Shown here: piece by piece, positions 37,733 through 48,200 of the stretch
How positions within the stretch are numbered: position 1 is the stretch's first letter
How the letters are laid out: each line of letters opens with the position of its first letter
DNA from: Candidatus Beckwithbacteria bacterium
GTDB lineage: Bacteria; Patescibacteriota; Microgenomatia; UBA1400; UBA1449
DNA: 64,000 nt
Reading direction: 5' to 3'
Assembly (NCBI GenBank): GCA_012797845.1
Contig: JAAZOH010000040.1
Span: 57,072 to 121,071 of the forward strand
Made by a program: the position numbers and the translations under genes
Notes under the pieces: generated by a model
The model's input: only the letters and a program-made list of their open reading frames with translations
What the model was told of the DNA's origin: nothing
Databases searched by the model: none

Positions 37733-39364
37733 TTACAATTGATTGGCCTCCGGATTACCCAACAGGCGGGGCACATATTCAGGCTTGAGTTCGTAAATAT
37801 CGGCAAATGGATACTTAGCCATCAGCTTATATTTTTTAAAACCACTGGTCTTACTGACTAGCTTATAGGTTAAATCATTATCATCATAGGTGCGCAAAAT
37901 AATCCAACGAACCCAACGATCCGGATAAGCTGTAGCATCCAGCCAGTAATCACCCGTCCCTTCATGGATAAAGCGCCGCATCGGTAAACCAGAAGAAAAG
38001 ATGATAGCATCATGAGAAGCAGCCGAAATCAGAATCAAACCTGGATTATCATAAGTTCTGGATTTGAGCCAACCAGATACCTCGCTGACATTTTTCTGAG
38101 AAGAACCAACCCTGGCATCATCTATAGTCACTGCATCATGATTGACTATAGCAAAGAAACTAACCATAAGTAGTAAGCCAATATAAACCCATTTCAGCTG
38201 TTTAGCCCGGTCAACTAAATAGCCAAGATAAATTGCAATAGAAGGCATCAGCATGACTCCATACCGGACATTAAACCAGGTATTGCCGGAAATACCTTGG
38301 ATAAAAAGAACTGAGTGGCCAAAAAATAAAGCAATGATATTGAAAAAAAGTGGAGCCAGTAAAGCAATACTTGCAATCTTGACTTCGCTTTTAAGCTTTT
38401 TATCAAACCAAAACCATATTGCTCCCACAAAACCTAACAGCGCCGGAATAGTGTATGAATTGTAAAAAAGGGCATAGAGATACACTTTTACAGATAAAAG
38501 TAGATTATGTTGGGTGGGTAAATTCCCGGCTGCTTCCAGCTGCTTTTGCTGAGCTCGGGCTGAGAAAGGCCCAAAAGCAAAGTAAAGGGCGTCTTTAAAA
38601 ATCAATTGGTTCCAGAGTAGCCATAAAAAAATCCCAAAAGCAGCCAGAGTACAAAACATAATCACGATACCTTCTGTGGTTTTATAGCCTTTTTTCCGGT
38701 ATACCTGAAAGGCAATTAAAATGGTCGAAACAAACAGTAAAAACCAGCCGTCGTAACGAATTAACGTTGATAGCATTATCCAAAATGAGGCTTTTATCAG
38801 TTCCAGCAATCGATTAGTTTGGAACCAACGTAGCAGATAGTAGGCACCACCTGTCATGGTTCCTAAAAGCAGAAGCTCGGTCATAGCAGTTGACTGCAAA
38901 TATAAAACATTTAAATTAGCCGCCCAAATAAAAACTGCCACCAACCTACCCAATAAACCAACTTTTATTTTTTGCAAAAACAGATAGATGATAATTCCGG
39001 TGGCCACATAGGCAATCATAGATTGCAAAGCTCCAGCTAACCCTGAGTGCCACATAAAATCACTCCAGACGGTGGGCACCATCAGCAAATGTGGCAACGG
39101 TAACCAAACCGAACCCAGTTGAGCTAATCCTGGTTTAAGACCTTCAACTACCCTTCGCCCAATATCCAGATGAGACCGAGCGTCATTGTAAGCAATACCA
39201 AGACCGTTATAGTAGTATGTCCAAAAAGTAACTATAGCTGTAATCGTTAAAGCTAAGGCTATAACCACTAAAGCATACTTATTCACTATCAGTTCGGCTT
39301 TTTTAAGCCAGGATTTTGGTAATGAAAAGCTAATGGTTTCTGGTATAAGCTTATTTTTTTTCAT
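37733..39364 (-). CDS. GT-C (GT39-like) membrane glycosyltransferase
   Basis: YNDARSHL, VWLPLPH, AMTE and RYDGW motifs; many TMs. Confidence 0.7.
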   Translation of the reverse strand: MKKNKLIPETISFSLPKSWLKKAELIVNKYALVVIALALTITAIVTFWTYYYNGLGIAYNDARSHLDIGRRVVEGLKPGLAQLGSVWLPLPHLLMVPTVWSDFMWHSGLAGALQSMIAYVATGIIIYLFLQKIKVGLLGRLVAVFIWAANLNVLYLQSTAMTELLLLGTMTGGAYYLLRWFQTNRLLELIKASFWIMLSTLIRYDGWFLLFVSTILIAFQVYRKKGYKTTEGIVIMFCTLAAFGIFLWLLWNQLIFKDALYFAFGPFSARAQQKQLEAAGNLPTQHNLLLSVKVYLYALFYNSYTIPALLGFVGAIWFWFDKKLKSEVKIASIALLAPLFFNIIALFFGHSVLFIQGISGNTWFNVRYGVMLMPSIAIYLGYLVDRAKQLKWVYIGLLLMVSFFAIVNHDAVTIDDARVGSSQKNVSEVSGWLKSRTYDNPGLILISAASHDAIIFSSGLPMRRFIHEGTGDYWLDATAYPDRWVRWIILRTYDDNDLTYKLVSKTSGFKKYKLMAKYPFADIYELKPEYVPRLLGNPEANQL

Positions 39365-40910
39365 GGTATGCCTGCCAATATAGTAACCCTGCTAAACCAC
39401 CACTAATCCAAACTAAACATGTTGCAATAAGTAAATAGTACTGAGTTGCACTAAGATAAGTATGGCCCCAAGTTTGATATACAAAAGATTTTGATTGGTT
39501 ACTTTGCAAAAATTCCCAACTACGTAAAAAGTTGTAGTGTTCAACTCGGCCCGAAAGTTTTTCTAAAGCGAGCACTTCAACCTTGGGAGGAATAGCACTG
39601 CTGGTGATAGCTCCCAATGTATTGATATAAATTGAGTATGCCATTACTGGCAAAAAGATGATTAAAAACCAAGGTTTATGTTTAAAATAATCAACTAGAT
39701 AAGCAATGCCAATAGCTAAAATGGCATAGCCTGGCACCAGATAACGCGAACCAAAAGCCCAACCACCCCAGGGATCACCCCAAAGTGAATACAGAGTTAG
39801 ATTAACCCCAACTATAGCAATCAATACAGCTGCTATATATGGTTTTTTCAAAAAAAGCAGCCAAAGCCCCAAAGCCCCAAAAAACATAATAGGGGTAAAC
39901 CATAAGATACTGCGATCAGAACCAATAAGGTGGGTATAGAGTCCATTTACTAAATTTCTGGTTTTGAAAAAACCAACTGCTGATTTTTTTTGCAGTTCGG
40001 GATTAAGGTACGTTTGCATATCTAAAGTCCCAATTTCAGTTGGCGTGGTTGGCTTCCCTTGCTCATCAATAGCATTAACACTGGAAACCGTCCCGGAAAA
40101 CTGGAAGGGATTGCCATAGGATTGCTGATTGAACCACATAAAAAAATATAGTGGCAATACAACAGTAGCAATAGATAAAATACCGGGTAACCATAGAGAA
40201 ATTTTGACTTTAGCTCTCCCTGGACTAATTATTAACAATCTTCCAGCTGCAAATAGAGCAATCGGAAACATCAAGAATAAATTTGGGTAATCAATAGGAA
40301 TGGCGGCGGCGGCCAAAAACCAAATCAAGCCTAGCGACCACCAGGTTTTAAATTTGATGAGCAAATAGAGACTGGCTAATATTAGAAACGTTGAAATATG
40401 GTGTTGGAAAAACGAAACTCCATACACAAAGGCTGGAGTAGCAAAGAGGAAAATCAAACCTCCCAATAAAGCAGCCAGCTTTGGCACACCTAAAAGTCGG
40501 GCAATAGCTTGGATTAAAATCAGGTTTAAAAGTGCAAAAAGCGCCACAATCGCATAGGTACCAATTTGAGCAGCTCCAAACAACTTTCCTACCATATAAC
40601 CAGGAGCTGTCATAAAAGAAACCCCGGGAGCAAACATGGAAACGTAGTGTCCATTTTTATAGCCTAAATCAGGCGTAGCAAACCGGGCCACCGGCAGGGA
40701 AAAATAAAATGATTTGTCTTCAACCAGCGAGTAAAGCAAGGCAAAGCGACCTCGCTCTGGTGAAAGCTCCAATGGTCCTTTATCTGTCCAGTAAGCACTG
40801 GTCAACTCCTGAGCGACTGGATTACCAAGCCTGCCTCGCAAGGCTAAAACAATAGTTAAACATGCTAGGGCTAAAACGAAAATGGTAATAAAATCAATTT
40901 TTTTAAACAT
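39351..40910 (-). CDS. GT-C membrane glycosyltransferase-like protein
   Basis: Polytopic; WGGWAFGSRYL motif; start MFKK lies 6 nt after TGCTATACT. Confidence 0.65.
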   Translation of the reverse strand: MFKKIDFITIFVLALACLTIVLALRGRLGNPVAQELTSAYWTDKGPLELSPERGRFALLYSLVEDKSFYFSLPVARFATPDLGYKNGHYVSMFAPGVSFMTAPGYMVGKLFGAAQIGTYAIVALFALLNLILIQAIARLLGVPKLAALLGGLIFLFATPAFVYGVSFFQHHISTFLILASLYLLIKFKTWWSLGLIWFLAAAAIPIDYPNLFLMFPIALFAAGRLLIISPGRAKVKISLWLPGILSIATVVLPLYFFMWFNQQSYGNPFQFSGTVSSVNAIDEQGKPTTPTEIGTLDMQTYLNPELQKKSAVGFFKTRNLVNGLYTHLIGSDRSILWFTPIMFFGALGLWLLFLKKPYIAAVLIAIVGVNLTLYSLWGDPWGGWAFGSRYLVPGYAILAIGIAYLVDYFKHKPWFLIIFLPVMAYSIYINTLGAITSSAIPPKVEVLALEKLSGRVEHYNFLRSWEFLQSNQSKSFVYQTWGHTYLSATQYYLLIATCLVWISGGLAGLLYWQAYHEKK

Positions 40911-40936
40911 AAGTAAAGTATAGCAAGTGAATAAGG

Positions 40937-41716
40937 TCACCGGTGGGTAAAGTAATATTCGGGCAAATCTGGCACAAGTCCTTTTGGAAATAACCCAAAA
41001 ATTTGAGTTTTATAGCCTTTGATCATGGTTTTCTTTTGATCTCCACATTTAGAAAATCTGGTTTTGATCAATTGATTTGTTTTAATAAATTCTGTGTCCA
41101 AATCTTCCTTTAACCCATAAGGAAAATCCAACCAGTAGACTACGTTTCTTGCCAACTTACTACAAACTTTTCTGATAATAATGTGGTCAACATGCTTACC
41201 AACTCCCAGTGGAGCAAAGACTACAGCTTTTTTTGGTATTTGTCTTGCTAGCTGGTCACTAATTTGATTAATCAAAGTATTTTCTTCTTTGGCTACTTGA
41301 CCCAATAACACATGCCATCGATACGTAGGGTAGACGTGTAAAAATTCCGGTAACAGTTTGCCCAAAAATTGTAAAAATTGTTTATTGCTTTGTTTTTTAC
41401 GGAAAGAGGCATCAGTATATGGTAAATGTTCAACTTTGACATTGTGGAGCTTAAACACTTCCCTATCCTCTACTCTTCTATCTGCAAAAAGTTTTTGTAA
41501 ATCTTGGTAACCGTTGACTTTTAAATGCTGTCTCCCTGACAACGTATATGGCCCTTCTGAGCCTTTGGTAAAAACAGTTATGACAGTCACTTTGGTTTTT
41601 GAGCTTAGGTATGCAATCAAATCCCCAGCCGACAAAGCCGCATCATCCAAGTGGGGCGAGATAAAAAAGCAGGGAATTTTTTCTTTGACAATGGTTGCTA
41701 GTAATGTTTTAAACAT
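40937..41716 (-). CDS. PIG-L/LmbE-family N-deacetylase
   Basis: SPHLDD, RRVED and GKHVDH motifs. Confidence 0.85.
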   Translation of the reverse strand: MFKTLLATIVKEKIPCFFISPHLDDAALSAGDLIAYLSSKTKVTVITVFTKGSEGPYTLSGRQHLKVNGYQDLQKLFADRRVEDREVFKLHNVKVEHLPYTDASFRKKQSNKQFLQFLGKLLPEFLHVYPTYRWHVLLGQVAKEENTLINQISDQLARQIPKKAVVFAPLGVGKHVDHIIIRKVCSKLARNVVYWLDFPYGLKEDLDTEFIKTNQLIKTRFSKCGDQKKTMIKGYKTQIFGLFPKGLVPDLPEYYFTHR

Positions 41717-42818
41717 AATTTTTATTTACTAGAACATCTTTAATTATTTGTTTGTATTTTTCTACTACTAAATCCCAACTAAATATTTTTACTCCTTCTT
41801 CGCAAGCATGGGAAATAGCGGTTCTCAGTTTTTCATCTTGGCCCATTGTTTTAATAGCTTGAGATAATGCTTCTTTATCAAAGTCTTTTACGAGATAGCA
41901 GCAATCTTTAGGAATCCAACTAAGGCCATCAATAGTAAAACCAACTATGGGTAACCGATAGGCTAAAGCTTCCAAAGCTACTACTGAAAAAGTTTCAAAC
42001 CTAGAAGGAATCACAATAAAAGAAGCTTGGCGGAGCAATTTCCTTTTTTCTTTGCCAACAACTTTACCGAGCAATATAACTCTATCTTGCAATTCTAGTT
42101 TGTGTATCATTTTTCTCAACCGATTTTCTTCAGTTTTAGTTCCACTCCCAGCAATAATCAAGTTCTGCTTAACTTGATCCTCAGTTTGTTTATACGATTC
42201 AAGTAAGATATCTAATCCCTTTTGGTCAATTTCCAATCTTCCTAAAAACAGAATAAAATTTTTATGAGTTTTGGTGGTTGGCAAAGCATACACATCAACT
42301 CCATTGCTGACTACATACATTTGAGCTTTAGGATTGACGGCTGAAATTCTGTTTTTAATCTTTTGAGTTAAAACAATAAAATGCTGATAACTACGAAGTC
42401 CAAGGTTTTCAAAAAAAATAAACGGTAGCTTGTACTTGCGCTGCATATCTTCCCCTGCCAGCATGTGCACTAAACCTATCACCGGTTTTTTAGTAAACAG
42501 TGGTAAACAGGTAGTAGAAAATGGTGGGGTAAAGCTTTCAATCCATAAATCATATTGTTCACTGATGGCTTTGTAGATTAAAGCAATTTGAAATGCCAAC
42601 TGACTCAGTTTTGGTCCCAACCAAGTTATTCCAATATGGCAATACTGTATTCTATTGATTTTTTTATCATGACAACCCGGATATTTGCCTGTAAAAATAG
42701 TAACGTTATAGTTTTTAGTTAACGCCTTAGCTACTTTATGTACTGCTAAAGCTCCACCTCCTGCATAGTAAGGATTTTTTAGACTGTCGTAGCTGGAAAA
42801 AACTATACGTGCTTTCAT
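41709..42818 (-). CDS. GT4 glycosyltransferase
   Basis: NGVD, FLGRL..QKG and PSRFETFSVVALEA motifs. Confidence 0.9.
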   Translation of the reverse strand: MKARIVFSSYDSLKNPYYAGGGALAVHKVAKALTKNYNVTIFTGKYPGCHDKKINRIQYCHIGITWLGPKLSQLAFQIALIYKAISEQYDLWIESFTPPFSTTCLPLFTKKPVIGLVHMLAGEDMQRKYKLPFIFFENLGLRSYQHFIVLTQKIKNRISAVNPKAQMYVVSNGVDVYALPTTKTHKNFILFLGRLEIDQKGLDILLESYKQTEDQVKQNLIIAGSGTKTEENRLRKMIHKLELQDRVILLGKVVGKEKRKLLRQASFIVIPSRFETFSVVALEALAYRLPIVGFTIDGLSWIPKDCCYLVKDFDKEALSQAIKTMGQDEKLRTAISHACEEGVKIFSWDLVVEKYKQIIKDVLVNKNYV

Positions 42819-43723
42819 AAGGTATCTTTAGTAGAACTAATGACAGTCCAATTGGCACTAACTTCCTTTTTATCAAAAAATGCCACCAAGTGAACTAAGG
42901 GTACTACCCCTATATAAATTAAAGTCCATCCAGGGCTTTGCGTCATACTTTGCCACAGTCCCCTCAATTTATGACTCATTGTAATGGTGTATGATTTGCT
43001 GATTAAATCTTTGTCAAAGTTTTTTTCTTGCACATTCTGTGAATGAAGGTAGCGGATATTTTGTTTGAAGTAGTCTCGTAATGTGGCCGGCAAAACAAAC
43101 TGAGCATAGGCTTCAGGTTTATAGTAATATTTTAAACTGTGCGTTTGGCAATATAGGTATGGATAAACATCATCTGCACTAAAGCTAGGAAAAACTAATT
43201 GCTTATAAAGCGGTTTAGCAAAAGCTCTGATAGCGCCTTCGCAAAAATACATTGGCTGATTGGCAATTTTTTTAGTTAAATCCCAAACATGCCATGACAT
43301 ATACGCAATATGTTGAGCAAAAGTTTGTGGTGATATCGGCTTCACATATCCTGAAACTAGTTTAACCTCAGAATCTGTAATCATAGGGGTTAATAATGTT
43401 TGCAAAACTTTTTGGTCAGGAAGTTTAATATCAGCATCAAAAATAACTACGATATCCGCACGACTTTTTGCAAAGATTTGATTAATACAAGCTGACTTTC
43501 CACTTCTATTTGGATTTTCAAATATTTGGATTTTTTGATTTTTTAAAGACTTAACTTGGCTAACCGTTGTATCACTACTAGCATCAGAAATCACAATAAT
43601 ATTTTTGATTTCAAAATCTCTTTGTACTTGATTAAGAATAGTTAATAACAAGGCTTTAATGTTTTTACCCTCATTGTGAGCTGGAATACCGATGGTAACG
43701 GATGGTCTTATAGTTTTGATCAT
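42815..43723 (-). CDS. GT2 glycosyltransferase
   Basis: IGIPAHNE, SDASSD, GKS and FDAD motifs. Confidence 0.88.
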   Translation of the reverse strand: MIKTIRPSVTIGIPAHNEGKNIKALLLTILNQVQRDFEIKNIIVISDASSDTTVSQVKSLKNQKIQIFENPNRSGKSACINQIFAKSRADIVVIFDADIKLPDQKVLQTLLTPMITDSEVKLVSGYVKPISPQTFAQHIAYMSWHVWDLTKKIANQPMYFCEGAIRAFAKPLYKQLVFPSFSADDVYPYLYCQTHSLKYYYKPEAYAQFVLPATLRDYFKQNIRYLHSQNVQEKNFDKDLISKSYTITMSHKLRGLWQSMTQSPGWTLIYIGVVPLVHLVAFFDKKEVSANWTVISSTKDTL

Positions 43724-44652
43724 ATAGTTAAGATGTGATGTAAAAATTTTAGTGACGAGTTTTGGTTGGCATCAACAACTGCAGTCAGCTCCAAAAATAT
43801 GGCATAAATAGCTAAGGCTTTAAAAATTTGTTTTTGTTTTGGGGTTTTCAAAATAGTCTGTATAGTTTGGCTTTGCCAAAATAGTTTGAACAAATCCTGA
43901 TCTTCCCACAGATCGGTCAAAAAATCGATAATCTCAAACAAAGGATGAGTCAAAACTGTTAACTGGAAATCAATAATATAGACTTTATTGCCTGGCGCTA
44001 CGAGTAAATTATAATCACCAATATCCCGATGCGCTAAAGCCAGTTCATTGTGGGTTAGCAGCAAGGGTGTGCTTGCAAAAAAAATGCTAATAGCCGACCA
44101 AAGTTCACTTATTTTTTTTGGGTACTGCAGTAAAGCTTTGACAGCAAAAGCTACAAAAGTGCCAATATTGTAATTCATGCCCCGTTTTTTCAATTTACTA
44201 AAAACAGCTTTGTTTTGGACTTGTCCAAGATGGTGCAAATAAGCAAACACGTTTTCATACAAGCTAATTTTTTGCTTGGCTGATAAGTTACTTTTATTAA
44301 CGGTTACACAGTCAATCTTTTCAAATAGAATTACAATTCGTGTAGGCTTAACAATAAAATGGAGTAATTTGGGAATTAAAATATTTGGATACTTTTTTTG
44401 TAAATTAAGTCTTTCTTGCCTGCTTAGCTGGTTAAATAATTGATGGAACAGCAAGTCATTTGCTATCCAGTAACGATCAAGATTTGGAATGTTGCCACTC
44501 CACATTTTAGCTATCGCTTGTCTACCTTGATTATTTTCATACCAGGCATAACGATAACTAGTTTGATGATTACAGCTTTGCGCAATAGCTTTAAAACGGT
44601 ACTTACCCACTGTTTTAGGAAAATGATTTTGTTTACTTGGATTTTTAGACAT
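43720..44652 (-). CDS. APH/choline-kinase-like phosphotransferase
   Basis: AHRDIGDYNLL and IIDF motifs. Confidence 0.7.
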   Translation of the reverse strand: MSKNPSKQNHFPKTVGKYRFKAIAQSCNHQTSYRYAWYENNQGRQAIAKMWSGNIPNLDRYWIANDLLFHQLFNQLSRQERLNLQKKYPNILIPKLLHFIVKPTRIVILFEKIDCVTVNKSNLSAKQKISLYENVFAYLHHLGQVQNKAVFSKLKKRGMNYNIGTFVAFAVKALLQYPKKISELWSAISIFFASTPLLLTHNELALAHRDIGDYNLLVAPGNKVYIIDFQLTVLTHPLFEIIDFLTDLWEDQDLFKLFWQSQTIQTILKTPKQKQIFKALAIYAIFLELTAVVDANQNSSLKFLHHILTI

Positions 44653-44661
44653 AGGAGTAAC

Positions 44662-45228
44662 TTATGAGCTCAATAATCTATTAAAAAACTCCATTTTTCT
44701 AAGTTGATAGTTTCGCACCGAAAGATGGTTGGCAGATGTTTTGAGGTTTTTATACTCAGCTAAAATTTTAGAATTGCTTTGTAATTTTTCAAAAATTTCC
44801 AATTGCATTTTGAGAAAACTTGACTGTGGGTCAATGATGGTAAATTCAAGCTCAACCTGTTTATAATCAATTTTCCATTCAACATAACTAGGTCTGGTTT
44901 TAGTGGGCAACCCAAATTTCGCTTCGATAATTGGGACTATATTGTTGAAATTTTTAGGCTCACAAGGCATAAACAAATCTACATCACCAATACCTTCTAT
45001 ACCTAAATTAGTTGAGCCAACAAAGTAAACAGTAGTACCGGGAAATGTACTTTCAGCCCAAGCAATGATTTCACAGGCTACTTTTCGGGCATGGCCGGAA
45101 AATGGTTTAATAGCAATTTTTCTTTTTCCAGAATAAGTAAATGAGTATAAGTAATCTTTCGGTGTCTGCCAAAACAAGGTCAGGTGAAATCTTAATGTAT
45201 CTAGTAGTTTTTTTATCGTCAGTTTCAT
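44662..45228 (-). CDS. GrpB-like Pol-beta-fold nucleotidyltransferase
   Basis: VGST...GIGDVDL; EYKNLK...YQLRK tail. Confidence 0.7.
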   Translation of the reverse strand: MKLTIKKLLDTLRFHLTLFWQTPKDYLYSFTYSGKRKIAIKPFSGHARKVACEIIAWAESTFPGTTVYFVGSTNLGIEGIGDVDLFMPCEPKNFNNIVPIIEAKFGLPTKTRPSYVEWKIDYKQVELEFTIIDPQSSFLKMQLEIFEKLQSNSKILAEYKNLKTSANHLSVRNYQLRKMEFFNRLLSS

Positions 45229-45231
45229 AGT

Positions 45232-48200
45232 TTAGGCTTTTATAATCTCAATAAGTTTTTGACTGCTTTTATCCCAACTAAACTGCCCAGCCCATTTCTG
45301 AGCTTCTTGCTCCATTCTGGTCCTCAGTTTTTTCTTAGTCAAAAGCTGGGTAATTTTCTGAGCAAAAGCACCGCTATCACCATGAGGAACTAAGTAACCG
45401 GTATGGGGATTAGAAACGGAATCCCGCAAGCCAGGGACATTGGCCGCCACTACTGGGGTACCACAAGCATTGGCTTCAATGACCGAGATACCCCACCCCT
45501 CCATTGAAGACGGATAAGCAAAAACCCAAGACTCTGTTAGGAGTTTGTATTTAGCTTCTTCACTAACTTTACCTACAAAAGAAACAGTGTCTTGCAAATG
45601 AAGTTTTTTAACCAGTTTTTTGAGCTGTTTTTTATGCTCTCCAAAACCGGCAATAGTTAGCTTTGCTTTAGGCTGTTTTTGTTTAATCTCTACCATCGCT
45701 TCAATAAGTGTATCTATTGATTTATATGCTTTTAATCGGCCCAAATACAGGATTGATGGGTAGGAAGTTTTTTTGCTATTTTTGGGACTGCAAACTGTCA
45801 CCCCTGGATTGATAATGGCAATTTGATGTTTTTTGCCCAGACCAATTTTGATCATGTCTTTTTTAGAAGACTCGGACACCGTGATCATTTCCACATTACG
45901 ATACACCCAAGGCATCAGTTGGCTTTCTAAAAAGGTAGCTAGCATGGCTGAAAAGGGGTTGAGGTTTTTACGAAAAACTTCTTGATGCACATGATGAACT
46001 AAGCCAACAATCGGTTCTTTGGCATACAGTGGCGTAAAAAAGGGAATGCCATTTTCACCGTCAATAATCACATCATATTTACCTTTAAACCGAAATAGGT
46101 AGTAAAAGAATGCCCAAATGTAGACAGTATAAAAACCACCCCGCCTGACAATATGGACACCGTCAATGGTTTCAAACTTAGGATTGTGGTGATCATTACC
46201 ACAAAAAACTGTCACTGTGTGGCCTTTTTCCACCAACTGTTTGGCAATTTCATGGACATAAACCTCAGCTCCCCCAGCCCAAATATGCTTGGTATCACGC
46301 CAGTTAAAAATCAAAATCTTATAGCTATCAAGCTTCTTTTTTTCTGGAGCAGGAACAGATAAAAACAGCCCTAAAAAATCAGTGATATTTCCCCAAATAG
46401 TCGGCAAGGCATCAGCAAAAATATGCAGAAAAGCCATGGCTGACAAATTGGCCAATCCCACAATAGCCATTACCCAAACAATTTGACTCACACTACTATG
46501 AAACAAAACAATGCCAAAAATTTGCACCAAGGCAAACATAAAATTGACAGTTGGGAAAAGGTGCTTATTCCTAGCCTGATGGAAGGTGGCAATAATATTG
46601 GCCACCGTGAAGTAAAAGATAGCAATGCCGTAAATTGGCAAAAGTCCAACTACCGGAACTATTTTACTACCCAAGAGTAATGGTGTGGTGTATTTACCCA
46701 ACAGACCAACAAATAGGTAGGCTAATAAACTTACTCCACTGGAAAGATAAAAAAGCTTATAAAAAATTGGTTTACTGGCTTTACTCTCCCCCTCAGCTTT
46801 ACTCACAATCGGTAAAACAAACTGGCTAAACAGGCTGCCAATCATGTAAATCATTTTGCCCACCAAAGCTACTAGGGCATAGTGACCAGCGTCACTAGGT
46901 GAAAGATAATGTTTGGCTAAAATTACGTCAAAGCTCAAAAAAGCTACAGATGAAAATTTCAATAAAACTGAACTTGAGAAAAATTTAACTGGAAATTTGT
47001 ATAAAGCCGGGCTTTGTTCAATGTGCTTCTCCTTAGTTTTTTTGGCTGCATACCACCCAACTAGAAACGAAACAGCCATAGATAAGGGAATCGCCATATA
47101 AACCCAATGCTCAAAACCAAGTTGAACTAATAACACGGTGAAGACTAATTTACTGGTAGCTTCAGCTGCAACCATAAAAGCTAAAGTTTTAAATTGTAAA
47201 ATTCCAGACAAATAACCACTATCAACTGCTGCTACCGTGCCAATAAACCAAATTGGGGTAAATAGTATAAACGGGATGACACTTGAGGAATTAAAGTAAT
47301 GACTGAGAAAAGGCGTAGTTAATAACCACAGAGCCGTCAAAGCTAAACCGATATAAACTACCTTGCTACGAATGTGAGCCCAGTAGCTTTTGATAGCCGT
47401 TTGATACTTACCAAAATAGTAGGCACTTTTATTGGTAATAGTCCGGGATAAACCGCTTAGAGGAATAGCAGATAAAAACAGGAAGTTGCCCATCAGGCTC
47501 ACTAAACCAAAACTTTCCAAAGAAATAGTTCTAGATAGATAGGCGTTATAGAGAAAATTCAGCACATTACCCAACATGGAGGCAGCCACTAAAATCCCAC
47601 CCGATACCGCATCAGTGCTTATTAAAAATCCAAATCTGCGGCCAATAAAACTTTGCCTATCAACTGATTCAACTTGCTGTTCCGCTTGAGCCTCGGCCTG
47701 TTCCTGTTGCTGTCCTAAATGCAAACCGTGAATGGTTTTTTCCCAGTAGTACGGTTTGACTATAAACTGCCATAGGGCTTTTACTGCCGCTAGGCTTACC
47801 ATCAACCAGTACACAGGAATCAAAAAGACAAATTTGACCAGTTGCCACTGTTCTCGCTTGGCACAGCCAATCATGTAATAGTAGATAAATAAGAAATTAC
47901 CAAAAATCAGTGAAGTCATAGCCATGTAAAAAATTGAGGCCGGATAGAGGGATTCGATAGTCGGACCAACGATGGCGTAGAGCGAAAAGTAAGCAATTGT
48001 TGCTAACCATAAAATCGGATTAATGAGCATGAAAGCAATTTTGCCCCCCACTACCAATTGAAAAATAAAAGCATGCCAACTCTGATTTTTGACAAACTGA
48101 ACCGGGTGACGCATGTGAACAAAGTAAGTTTGGATATAGCCTTTAATCCATCGGGATCGTTGCCTAAACCAATTGCCTACTTTACTATTAGCCTCCTCAA

